From NCBI GenBank assembly GCA_035565175.1, contig DATMSZ010000085.1, positions 2,325 through 66,324 on the forward strand: DNA of 64,000 bases, given 5' to 3'. Source of the DNA: Pseudosphingobacterium sp. (GTDB lineage Bacteria; Bacteroidota; Bacteroidia; Sphingobacteriales; Sphingobacteriaceae). Of this stretch, positions 26,901 through 35,260 are shown piece by piece. The position numbers and the translations under genes were made by a program. How positions within the stretch are numbered: position 1 is the stretch's first letter; every line of letters begins with the position of its first letter. The notes under the pieces were generated by a model that was given only the letters and a program-made list of their open reading frames with translations, ran no database searches and was not told where the DNA came from.

Positions 26901-27287
26901 GACCCACATTATAACCAATATGCCGATATCTTAAATGCCTGGAGCCCTGAAAACACAGATACAGCAATTCCTCGCCTGTCAATCACTGATCCAAATGGTA
27001 ACCAACAGATTTCCGATATCTATGTGGAAAGTGGTAATTACCTCCGCTTGCGTAATCTTACTATAGGTTATACGTTGCCGAAATTTTCTATCCGTAAGGT
27101 CGCTGTTAATAATCTCCGGATATACCTAACAGGGCAAAATTTACTCACATTTACAAAATATTCTGGTATTGATCCGGAAATTGGTGAAACTTTTCCGGCA
27201 TCTTATGGAAATAATGAGATTGGAGTAAACCGTGGGCAGTATCCGCAGGCTAAAACATTCATCTTGGGCATTAACTTAAGCTTATAA
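23925..27287 (+). CDS. SusC/RagA-type TonB-dependent transporter with an N-terminal STN domain (PUL-B)
   Basis: STN-like segment (VSYVLNKLQQESNYRFFY). Plug signature (EVVVVGYSTQRKTDLTGAV). SusC-type C-terminus. An alternative start exists at 23985. Confidence 0.9.
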   Translation: MKTRFVNAVIFHHPLYRKFSMIMKAGILLTLVGVTQLFATGHSQEKLTINVKQSTVSYVLNKLQQESNYRFFYNSAALDHLGRVDLAVKNKEVTQVLDELLGNAVPYEILDKNVVLIGDQEDRQQVINGRVLDESGAPLSGVSVRIQGNKQGTSTDNKGAFSLSVAVGAQLEFSYMGYEKRIVQIGNQTSLSVTLKMAAEGLNEVVVVGYSTQRKTDLTGAVSSMNMESVKNTAVTGVEHALEGKMAGVTVLQNSGAPGASASVRIRGIGTLGNNNPLYILDGVPVNSMNDVDPSSIEKIDVLKDAASAAIYGSRAANGVVIITTKKGVSSDKVNISFNTQQGFQSPTGKIDMLNAAERNQVHTQAYRNSGLNVPAYYSTPESQVTATDWQDEIFSNAYTASYDIGFSGGSNTAKYNIMASHFDNNGFLKNTNFKRTSFRVNTELNLAKNLKIGENLMLSINDNKVINTTSDYSGALYSALLYQPDIPVYTATGELSGVGALGGDVENPIGIINRADDKTDRKRVIGNVYAEWNVLDHLTFRSDFGYDYTNAVNKVFSPRIPEAGRKNDVNTLYQITEQTTHWISTNTLKYDNVFGKHHLMALGGMAVESNNYLNDNQRASGFISEDERSRYFSNATTIISMYSGREEWGLISYFGRLDYSFNDRYLLAANLRADGSSKFAKNNRWGVFPSVSGGWRISEEAFFEGVKHTVNNLKLRGSWGQLGNQNIYDNYPTYSIIRNNTDNDGYYSVFGEGETPTLGRFESNIPNPDIKWEVTTQWNVGVDMGFLNNSLEVVMDYYNKTTSDILLQVPITSLAGVSTAPWVNAGKVENKGFEAAVTYHKQNGDFKYDIAANFATLTNKVLELGASQAIYGSTFRGNTLVRTTTGLPIGYFYGYKTDGLFQSDAEAGAYVNANGQAYQASAVAGDVKFVDIDGNGVIDADDRTNLGSGFPKLTYGLNFNASYKHFDVSMAWYGVGGNKILNATKWTGIFVDPHYNQYADILNAWSPENTDTAIPRLSITDPNGNQQISDIYVESGNYLRLRNLTIGYTLPKFSIRKVAVNNLRIYLTGQNLLTFTKYSGIDPEIGETFPASYGNNEIGVNRGQYPQAKTFILGINLSL

Positions 27288-27293
27288 TTTATT

Positions 27294-28814
27294 ATGAAAA
27301 CTAATAAAAAAATTCGATATACTTTTCTAGTCCTTTTCACCATCGTGTTAAGCGCCTGCACGAAAGATCTATTAGATAAAGAACCTAATGGATTGAACTC
27401 TTTTTGGAATACAGGTGCAGACGCAGAACTTGGTATCAACGCAGCATATACACCTTTATATGAAGAGGAGGGTTTTGGAGAAGGTCAGTTCTGGTACCAA
27501 GCTGCCGGTGATGATTTTACCATTAATAATGCAGGTGAACGCAGCGATATTAACCTAACGAATTTTGCGACCACAACGAACGCTTCAGGATACGCCTATG
27601 CTCGTTGGCAGATTTTTTACAGGGTGATCCGCAGGGCCAATGATGTGCTTAGAAATGTGCCCGATATTGATATGGATGAGGCTATGAAAAACCGCATTTT
27701 AGGTGAAGCGAACTTTATGCTGGGTTTTGCCTACTTCGAATTGGCAAAATGGTATGGCGGTTTACCTTTTTATGATATCAATGATCCGGATAATATCAAT
27801 CAACCTCGACAAACCAAAACCGAAACCTTTAATCGCATTGAGCAATATTTGTTAACAGCCACCACGCAGTTACCCGATTGGATTTATACGGGAGACAATG
27901 TGGGTCGTGCACATTTAGGAGCGGCATGGGGATACCTAGCTAAACTTTATGCCTACTGGGGAAAATGGGAAGAATCTAAGGCGGCATCTGATCGCGTGAT
28001 TAATAGTGGCGCCTATGCGCTTCAAGAAGAGTATGCCAACCTTTTTTCGCTCGATCACGAGAAATCTAGCGAAGTGCTATTTGGATTGGTATGTGCTCCG
28101 GTGCGGCATCAAACAACGATTACACCTATTATCTGTTTATCCAAAACCTTGACGGGAGGCGCCGGCTGGGCTTATTTTGCTCCAACAAAAAGCCTGGCCG
28201 ATGCTTTTGAGGAAAATGATAGTCGTAGGAAGGCTACTTTGGCCGGTATAGGTGAAACGGTGCGTTTATTAGGACAAGATATTGTACTCAGCGCCGATAA
28301 TATCAATGACATGGAAACGGGTTATATGTGTGTAAAGTTTATGCAACCCTATTGGAATTCTAATGCTTACCCTTGGGATGCGGGCTTAGATAATGCTATT
28401 TTACGTCTTTCTGATATTTACCTGTTAAATGCCGAAGCTATCATGATGTTGAATGGCGGTGGGCCACAACAAGCGGAAGTACCGATTGCAGCGGCCGCTA
28501 ATTCTTTGAATATGGTGCGGTTAAGGGCTTTTAATGGAGATCAGAGCAAACGCATTGACGCACCTACTTTCAATGATCTGATGCGTGAAAGACGTTGTGA
28601 ACTGGCTTATGAAGGCGATAGGCATTTGGATCTAAAACGTTGGAACCTCGCGCAGAATACTTATCGCCAAGCAACGACCGCCACCGATCCGAGGGGGCCG
28701 CGTCAGTTCGATCCGGTAGTCAATGCTTCTTTTCCACTTCCGCAAACGGAATTGGACAATAGTAATGGCATATTAAAAAATAATCCTTTACCGACGTATT
28801 CGGATTTCGAATAA
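27294..28814 (+). CDS. SusD/RagB-family lipoprotein (PUL-B)
   Basis: Lipobox (IVLSAC). It lies 6 bp after susC. C-terminal motifs are present (ERRCELAYEGDRHLDLKRW, FPLPQTE). Confidence 0.9.
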   Translation: MKTNKKIRYTFLVLFTIVLSACTKDLLDKEPNGLNSFWNTGADAELGINAAYTPLYEEEGFGEGQFWYQAAGDDFTINNAGERSDINLTNFATTTNASGYAYARWQIFYRVIRRANDVLRNVPDIDMDEAMKNRILGEANFMLGFAYFELAKWYGGLPFYDINDPDNINQPRQTKTETFNRIEQYLLTATTQLPDWIYTGDNVGRAHLGAAWGYLAKLYAYWGKWEESKAASDRVINSGAYALQEEYANLFSLDHEKSSEVLFGLVCAPVRHQTTITPIICLSKTLTGGAGWAYFAPTKSLADAFEENDSRRKATLAGIGETVRLLGQDIVLSADNINDMETGYMCVKFMQPYWNSNAYPWDAGLDNAILRLSDIYLLNAEAIMMLNGGGPQQAEVPIAAAANSLNMVRLRAFNGDQSKRIDAPTFNDLMRERRCELAYEGDRHLDLKRWNLAQNTYRQATTATDPRGPRQFDPVVNASFPLPQTELDNSNGILKNNPLPTYSDFE

Positions 28815-28840
28815 TGTTGGTAGGCAATGATTAACATATT

Positions 28841-28897
28841 GCGAACAGACGCGAAGAAGAGATGTACGTAAAGGCGTGAAGCAACGCGTCCGTTCGC
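28841..28897 (+). terminator. Possible long-loop hairpin after susD
   Basis: GCGAACAGACGCG (28841-28853) pairs with CGCGTCCGTTCGC (28885-28897) with one mismatch. The loop is 31 nt and there is no U-tract. Confidence 0.25.
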
Positions 28898-29228
28898 AAA
28901 ATGAAAGACCTTATCTGAGACAATCGATTAAAAAATCGCTTTGCGGTTCACGATGTCTTCAAAAAGAAAATGAACGAGCTAATTACATATCGATGAAACC
29001 TTACGAACACAATGTCTTTCAATTTCTGCAGGGAAAACTATGGCTGTATAATTTCAACCAAAAGTCATCTAAAGTCTTTTGCTATTACTTATCTGTACGC
29101 AAGAGCAAAACAGACTGGAAGGCTTAAGGTCTGCAAATAAATTGGCCGTAATAGTTGCGTATCGGCCGAATTAAACATTTTTACCCTAAGTTTAGACAAA
29201 TACAGCAGCCCGCTTGTGTTTGCTTGGC

Positions 29229-29236
29229 TATCTTTG
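29229..29236 (+). promoter_or_regulatory. Candidate -7 box (TATCTTTG) upstream of the GH115 gene
   Basis: Matches TAnnTTTG and lies 51 bp upstream of the ATG at 29287, inside a 472-bp non-coding gap. There is no well-spaced -33 element. Confidence 0.3.
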
Positions 29237-29286
29237 ACACGTCTTCAAGGCAGCAATTTCCATTTATAAACAAAACAAATGAAGTG

Positions 29287-31794
29287 ATGGTGAGATGTAC
29301 GCTACTTATACTGGCTTGTCTATTAGGTATTGTAAAAACGTCTTTTGGTACGGATACCTATATTACAGTCGATAAGAAAGGGAGTGGGATGACGCTGACC
29401 GAAAATGGTCAGACCGCCATGATAGTACGAGGCGCTGCTGAAGAGGAGGGAGTGCTATTAGCATTGGAACAACTGCAGCAGGATTTTTTGCGGGTAACGA
29501 AGTTGAAGCCCATCATCAGCACCGAACAAGTACCTAAACAAAAAAACTTGGTTCTGATTGGCACTCTGGGGAAAAATCCGATCATCTCGTCCTTGATTAA
29601 ACAAAAAAAAATAAATGTTACAGCCCTTGAGGGGCAGTGGGAAGCGTCATTGACACAACTGGTAGAAAACCCAATGCCGGGCGTTGAGAAAGCATTGGTT
29701 ATTGTGGGCAGCGATAAGCGGGGAACTATCTACGGTATCTATGAGCTTTCGAAGCAGATAGGCGTTTCACCTTGGTACTGGTGGGCAGATGTGCCGGTGG
29801 AGCAACAGGAAAAGTTATATGTCAAAGCTGTTAAATCGGTGAATAAACCAACGGTTAAATACCGTGGAATTTTTATCAATGATGAGGCTCCCGCTTTATC
29901 AGGCTGGGCAAAAGAGCAATTTGGAGGCTTTAATCATCATTTTTATGAGCGGGTGTTTGAACTGATATTGCGCTTGAAGGGAAACTATCTGTGGCCGGCA
30001 ATGTGGGGAAATGCCTTTTACGATGACGATGCAGAGAACGGTGTTTTGGCCGATAAAATGGGGATAGTAATGGGTACCTCACATCACGAACCGCTCTTAC
30101 GAGCTCATGATGAATGGCGGCGTTACGGCAAAGGACCTTGGGATTATCAGCGGAATGCAGAAAATCTGCGTGACTTTTGGAGAGAAGGTGCACGTCGAAT
30201 GAGTACAAAAGAGAGTGTCGTGACGATAGGCATGCGAGGAGACGGTGATGAGCCGATGAGTGAAGAAAGCAATATTCAATTACTGGAACAAATTGTGCAA
30301 GATCAACGGAAAATCATTGTAGATGTTACGGGAAAGAAAGCGGCAAAGACTCCCCAGCTGTGGGCCTTGTACAAGGAAGTGCAAGATTATTATGATAAGG
30401 GAATGCGTGTGCCGGATGATGTTACTTTACTTCTCTGTGATGACAATTGGGGGAATATCAGAAAGCTGCCGAATCTTACGGAAAAGAAGCGAAGTGGCGG
30501 GTATGGTATTTATTACCATTTTGATTATGTGGGTGGTCCGCGCAATTCGAAGTGGGTTAATGTGAGTCAGATACAAAGGGTGTGGGAACAGATGAATCTA
30601 GCTTATCAGCATGGGGTTGACCGCTTATGGGTGGTGAATGTGGGTGACCTCAAACCGATGGAATATCCTATTTCTTTCTTTTTAGATATGGCTTGGAATA
30701 CAGACCAGTTTAATGCCTCGAATTTGTTGGAACATACGGAAGCTTGGAGTGCACAACAATTTGGTGACAAGCATGCGCAGGAGGTGGCTAGGTTGATCAA
30801 CACCTATACGAAATACAATCATCGGGTGACACCCGAACTGTTGGATGAAAATACCTACAGTTTGGAAAATTATAACGAGTTTGAAACGGTCGTGAACGAT
30901 TATCGTGATCTGCTTATAGAAGCCATGCGTTTATATTATGTCCTTCCCGATACGTGCAAAGATGCATTTGATGAACTGGTGTTGTTTCCCATCAATGCCT
31001 GTGCTAATCTTTATGAAATGTACTTTGCTGTTGCAAAAAATAAGTATTTTGCCAATAGAAATGACGAGCAGGCCAACTACTGGGCAGATAAAGTGAAAAG
31101 ATGTTTCGAGCGTGATTCTATATTAACGGCACATTATAATTTCGATATAGCGAATGGAAAATGGCCTCATATGATGGACCAGGTGCGGATAGGTTATAAA
31201 AGCTGGAACGAACCCCCAAAAAGTGTAATGCCTGCACTGAGCTACGTTGCCCTGGGCGAAAAAATGGAGAAGAAAGTTTATGAAGAGACGAATGGGGTTG
31301 TGTCCATTGAAGCGGAGAACTACGATAAGGCGAGGGGGAACGGTAAGGTGTCTTGGACAGTGATTCCAGATTTAGGCAAAACAGTGTCTGGATTGACGAC
31401 GATGCCTACAACGGAAGCTCCGAATGAGGCGGTATACCTGGAATATTTGGTTGACCTACACAGCACGGGTACAGCTAAGCTGATTGTACTGACCTCACCT
31501 ACGCTCAATTTTAACGCAAATAAGGGTTTGCGCTATGCGGTGTCGATGGATGGGTCTAAAGAGCAAATAGTGAACATCAATGGAGCTTATAAAGGTGAAT
31601 TGGGTGAATGGCAGGCCAAGCGCATTATAGAGACTTCTACGCTGCATTCGGTTGACTCCGGAGGGGTTCACACGATCCGTATTCGCCCGTTGGAGCCAGG
31701 TATTGTTTTTCAGAAACTCATGCTGGATCTGGGGGGCTTAAAGCCTTCCTATTTAGGACCTCCGCAAAGTGAACTGAAAAAAATGGTTGAATAG
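29287..31794 (+). CDS. GH115 alpha-glucuronidase
   Basis: Strong GH115 signature (YRGIFINDEAPALSGWAKEQFGGFNHHFYERVFELILRLKGNYLWPAMWGNAFYDDD). The signal peptide begins at MVRCTLLILACLL. The track start at 29155 is a TTG extension. Confidence 0.85.
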   Translation: MVRCTLLILACLLGIVKTSFGTDTYITVDKKGSGMTLTENGQTAMIVRGAAEEEGVLLALEQLQQDFLRVTKLKPIISTEQVPKQKNLVLIGTLGKNPIISSLIKQKKINVTALEGQWEASLTQLVENPMPGVEKALVIVGSDKRGTIYGIYELSKQIGVSPWYWWADVPVEQQEKLYVKAVKSVNKPTVKYRGIFINDEAPALSGWAKEQFGGFNHHFYERVFELILRLKGNYLWPAMWGNAFYDDDAENGVLADKMGIVMGTSHHEPLLRAHDEWRRYGKGPWDYQRNAENLRDFWREGARRMSTKESVVTIGMRGDGDEPMSEESNIQLLEQIVQDQRKIIVDVTGKKAAKTPQLWALYKEVQDYYDKGMRVPDDVTLLLCDDNWGNIRKLPNLTEKKRSGGYGIYYHFDYVGGPRNSKWVNVSQIQRVWEQMNLAYQHGVDRLWVVNVGDLKPMEYPISFFLDMAWNTDQFNASNLLEHTEAWSAQQFGDKHAQEVARLINTYTKYNHRVTPELLDENTYSLENYNEFETVVNDYRDLLIEAMRLYYVLPDTCKDAFDELVLFPINACANLYEMYFAVAKNKYFANRNDEQANYWADKVKRCFERDSILTAHYNFDIANGKWPHMMDQVRIGYKSWNEPPKSVMPALSYVALGEKMEKKVYEETNGVVSIEAENYDKARGNGKVSWTVIPDLGKTVSGLTTMPTTEAPNEAVYLEYLVDLHSTGTAKLIVLTSPTLNFNANKGLRYAVSMDGSKEQIVNINGAYKGELGEWQAKRIIETSTLHSVDSGGVHTIRIRPLEPGIVFQKLMLDLGGLKPSYLGPPQSELKKMVE

Positions 31795-31895
31795 ACATCC
31801 GTCTGTTTTTATATAGATATAAGCCCGATTAAAATTGGTAGAATACACGAAATGAAACAATATAGCCGAATGATTTTTTAATAAAGAAGTACCTT

Positions 31896-33650
31896 ATGAT
31901 GAATAGCCATTACAGATTTTCGCTTTGGAGGAGCGATAAAATTTCCCTTTTCTTGTTAATGACCTTATTACCCTGTTTATGCGCAATGAAAAAACCGTTG
32001 ATGCCACAAGACATCGATAAAAGCGTTCCTGTTTTTACCGATTTTGTGTATAAAGGTGATGATCAGGTTTATAAAGATTATCCTTTACAATCGGACGAGT
32101 ATTATACACCTATTTTACAGGGTTGTTATCCAGATCCAAGTATTACACGCAAGGGAGAAGATTATTATCTGGTAAATTCCTCCTTTGCATTTTTTCCCGG
32201 TGTTCCCATCTTTCAGTCACGTGATCTGGTAAATTGGAAACAGATCGGCCACGTCCTGGATAGGCCATCACAGTTAAAAGTGAGCGAGGCAGGCATGAGC
32301 GCCGGTATTTATGCGCCTGATATTGCGTATAATCCAGCGAATGATATGTTTTATATGATTACGACACAAATTGCCGGTGGAATCGGTAATATGGTAGTAA
32401 AAACAAAGAACCCTGCCAAGGGATGGAGTGATCCCATTAAGCTTCAATTTGATGGTATAGATCCTGCCTTGTTTTTTGATGATAACGGAAAAGCATATAT
32501 CGTTCATAATGATGCGCCAGACAAAGGAAAACAATTATATGAAGGTCATCGCGTCATTAAAATTTGGGAATATGATATTGAACAGGATAAGGTGATACCG
32601 GGTTCTGATCAAATTATTGTAGATGGAGGAGTGGATATAAGTCAGCAACCTATCTGGATTGAAGGGCCACATCTCTACAAAAGAAAAGGGCTGTATTACC
32701 TAATGTGTGCTGAAGGAGGTACGGGAGATCGGCATAGCGAGGTCATTTTTGTTAGCAATAGTCCAAGGGGTCCGTTTAAACCAGCTCCTAAAAATCCAAT
32801 TCTCACGCAAAGAGATTTGCCAAAAAATAGGGAAAATATGGTGGATTGGGCAGGTCATGCGGATTTGGTGGAAGGTCCGGATGGGAATTACTATGGCGTA
32901 TTCTTAGGTGTTCGACCGAATGAAAAGGGCCGGGTGAATACCGGACGTGAAACGTTTATCCTTCCAGTTGACTGGAGCGGTGATTTTCCTGTTTTTGAGG
33001 GTGGATTGGAACCTATGCCTGCTAAGATCAAAATGCCAGCAGGTGTGGCTAATAAAGCAGGGAAGGAAGATTTCTTTCCAAATGGGAACTTTACCTTTAC
33101 CGATGATTTTAAAAGCGGAAAGCTAGATGATAGGTGGATTGGCGTTAGAGGACCCCGCGAAAACTTTATCCAACTAACAGATAAAGGCCTGCGGATAATG
33201 CCTTTTGAAACAAATATCAATGAGGTAAAACCTACTTCTACACTTTTTCATAGACAACAACATAAAAATTTCTCTGCTACCGTACGAATGGACTATGTGC
33301 CAAAGTCGGAGAAAGAGCTGGCAGGTATCGTCTGCTTGCAAAAAGAAACATTTCATTATATTTTTGGTGTAACCAAGCAGGGGAATGAGGATTATCTGAT
33401 ACTACAACGAACAAGCAATGGTAAATCGACGATCGTAGCACGCGAAAAGCTCGATTTGAGCAAGGGGATTCAATTGCAAGTTTCTGCGCAAGGTGATAAT
33501 TACCGATTTAATTACGCAGTGGATGGTGAAACGTTTAAAAATTTGGGAGAAACCGTTTCAGGAGATATTCTTTCAACGGACGTTGCGGGGGGATTTACTG
33601 GAGCGCTAATAGGGTTATACGCCACAACAGGTAATAGGAATGCAAGCTAA
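31896..33650 (+). CDS. GH43 glycoside hydrolase (beta-xylosidase/alpha-L-arabinofuranosidase type) with a C-terminal concanavalin-like domain
   Basis: GCYPDPSITRKGEDYYLVNSSFAFFPGVPIFQSRDLVNWKQIGHVLDR is typical of five-bladed-propeller GH43 enzymes. A beta-sandwich domain follows at the C-terminus. Confidence 0.85.
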   Translation: MMNSHYRFSLWRSDKISLFLLMTLLPCLCAMKKPLMPQDIDKSVPVFTDFVYKGDDQVYKDYPLQSDEYYTPILQGCYPDPSITRKGEDYYLVNSSFAFFPGVPIFQSRDLVNWKQIGHVLDRPSQLKVSEAGMSAGIYAPDIAYNPANDMFYMITTQIAGGIGNMVVKTKNPAKGWSDPIKLQFDGIDPALFFDDNGKAYIVHNDAPDKGKQLYEGHRVIKIWEYDIEQDKVIPGSDQIIVDGGVDISQQPIWIEGPHLYKRKGLYYLMCAEGGTGDRHSEVIFVSNSPRGPFKPAPKNPILTQRDLPKNRENMVDWAGHADLVEGPDGNYYGVFLGVRPNEKGRVNTGRETFILPVDWSGDFPVFEGGLEPMPAKIKMPAGVANKAGKEDFFPNGNFTFTDDFKSGKLDDRWIGVRGPRENFIQLTDKGLRIMPFETNINEVKPTSTLFHRQQHKNFSATVRMDYVPKSEKELAGIVCLQKETFHYIFGVTKQGNEDYLILQRTSNGKSTIVAREKLDLSKGIQLQVSAQGDNYRFNYAVDGETFKNLGETVSGDILSTDVAGGFTGALIGLYATTGNRNAS

Positions 33651-33660
33651 ATACAAAAAG

Positions 33661-35232
33661 ATGAAACGAGTTATTTTTGTGGTTGTTTTAATAATTATCC
33701 CATTCCTTTCAAATCAGTTGTGTGCACAACAGCAACCGCCACCACAACAGGCAAAAAATCCCATTATTTTTGCTGATGTGCCTGATATGGCCATGATTCG
33801 GGTGGGAGATACTTATTACATGAGCAGCACAACCATGCACATGAGCCCAGGCTTACCTATTATGAAATCTAAAGACCTGGTAAACTGGCAACTTGTAGGC
33901 TATGCTTATGATACACTCACCACAAATGATGAAATCAATCTTAACAAGGGTAAAAATGCCTACGGTAAGGGTTCGTGGGCTAGTAGTTTACGTTACCACA
34001 ACGGTACCTTTTATGTAACTACCTTTTCTGCCACTTCGGGGAAAACGCATATCTATACTACGAAGGATATAGAGAAGGGGCCATGGAAAGCTATAGATTT
34101 TAAACCAAGCCTACATGATCATTCTTTATTTTTTGATGACGACGGACGTGTTTATTTGATTTATGGTAGCGGAAAAATAAAAATGCTTGAATTGAATGCG
34201 GATGTTTCGGGTATAAAATCGGGTACTACCGAACAGATAATTATTGAAAACGCCAACGCACCGTCTGGCAATGGGGGCTTAAACGCAGAGGGATCCCAGC
34301 TATTTAAGATAAAGGATAAATATTATTTGTTCAACATTACGTGGCCACAAGGTGGTATGCGCACGGTAGTGATACACCGCGCAAATAAAATTACAGGGCC
34401 TTATGAGGGGAGGGTTGCCTTGCAGGATTTAGGCGTAGCGCAAGGAGGACTTATTGATATGCCTAATGGTAACTGGTATGCCTATCTTTTTCGCGATTAT
34501 GGCGCTGTTGGTAGGATTCCTTACTTAGTTCCGGTAGAATGGCAGGATGGATGGCCTATATTGAGTGTAAATAACAAAGTGCCGGAAACACTTAACTTAC
34601 CGGCGAACGAGGGCTTGATACCAGGTGTTGTGGCGTCAGATGAATTTACTCGTAAAAAGGGTAAGTCTACTTTGCCACTAGTTTGGCAATGGAACCATAA
34701 TCCGGATAATAAATTGTGGTCGCTGAACGCTAGAAAGGGTTATTTGCGCCTCACTACAGGGCGAATTGATACAAGTTTCCTGCAGGCACGAAACACATTA
34801 ACGCAACGCACTATTGGACCGGCTTGTGTTGGATCGACCCTGCTGGATGTATCACGTATGAAGGATGGAGATTTTGCCGGTCTGGGTCTGTTACAAAAAA
34901 ACTATGGCTTAGTGGGTATTAAAGTCGTTGGCAATAGCAAATCCATAGTGATGATAAATGCGGAGAAAGGAAGTCCGATGGTCGTGCAGCAGATACCGTT
35001 GACAGAACAAAAGGTGTACCTGAAAGCCGAGTGCAACTTTACCAACCGGAAAGACGTGGCTAATTTCTTTTACAGTTTAGACGGCGAAAAATGGTTGGCA
35101 ATAGGTTCATCCCTTAAGATGACCTACACCTTGCCCCATTTTATGGGGTATCGTTTTGGTTTGTTTAATTATGCTACAAAAGAGATTGGAGGACATGTCG
35201 ACTTTGACTATTTCCATATCAATGGTAAATAA
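33661..35232 (+). CDS. GH43 glycoside hydrolase (second, distinct subfamily) with a C-terminal beta-sandwich domain
   Basis: NPIIFADVPDMAMIRVGDTYYMSSTTMHMSPGLPIMKSKDLVNWQLVGYAY. The signal peptide starts at MKRVIFVVVL. An ATG at 33640 is also possible and would overlap the upstream stop. Confidence 0.85.
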   Translation: MKRVIFVVVLIIIPFLSNQLCAQQQPPPQQAKNPIIFADVPDMAMIRVGDTYYMSSTTMHMSPGLPIMKSKDLVNWQLVGYAYDTLTTNDEINLNKGKNAYGKGSWASSLRYHNGTFYVTTFSATSGKTHIYTTKDIEKGPWKAIDFKPSLHDHSLFFDDDGRVYLIYGSGKIKMLELNADVSGIKSGTTEQIIIENANAPSGNGGLNAEGSQLFKIKDKYYLFNITWPQGGMRTVVIHRANKITGPYEGRVALQDLGVAQGGLIDMPNGNWYAYLFRDYGAVGRIPYLVPVEWQDGWPILSVNNKVPETLNLPANEGLIPGVVASDEFTRKKGKSTLPLVWQWNHNPDNKLWSLNARKGYLRLTTGRIDTSFLQARNTLTQRTIGPACVGSTLLDVSRMKDGDFAGLGLLQKNYGLVGIKVVGNSKSIVMINAEKGSPMVVQQIPLTEQKVYLKAECNFTNRKDVANFFYSLDGEKWLAIGSSLKMTYTLPHFMGYRFGLFNYATKEIGGHVDFDYFHINGK

Positions 35233-35260
35233 CGTATGTATTAGCCCTGTTTTTAACTAT

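Noticed and set aside
28876-29127. 83-aa ORF in the susD-GH115 gap (MKQRVRSQNERPYLRQSIKK...)
   Set aside because: It is Lys/Ser-rich and low in complexity, has no recognisable motif, no signal peptide and no obvious start context. It looks like a chance ORF in AT-rich non-coding DNA. The gap itself is reported as a finding.
29155-29286. TTG-initiated N-terminal extension of the GH115 ORF
   Set aside because: The extension has no signal-peptide character. A clean signal peptide begins at the ATG at 29287. Similar TTG/GTG extensions were trimmed at 4532, 5964, 22075, 39580, 40921 and 48595.
29603-29611. Homopolymer tracts inside coding regions as possible phase-variation sites: A9 at 29603-29611 in GH115, A8 at 8452-8459 in susC, A8 at 51262-51269, A8 at 42091-42098, T9 at 47159-47167
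   Set aside because: Lengths of 8-9 are common in AT-leaning genomes and below what usually gives appreciable slippage. There is no supporting evidence of variability.
31797-31815. Short AGAC/GTCT hairpin plus T5 after the GH115 gene as a terminator
   Set aside because: The stem is only 4-5 bp with a 4-nt loop, which is too weak to call.
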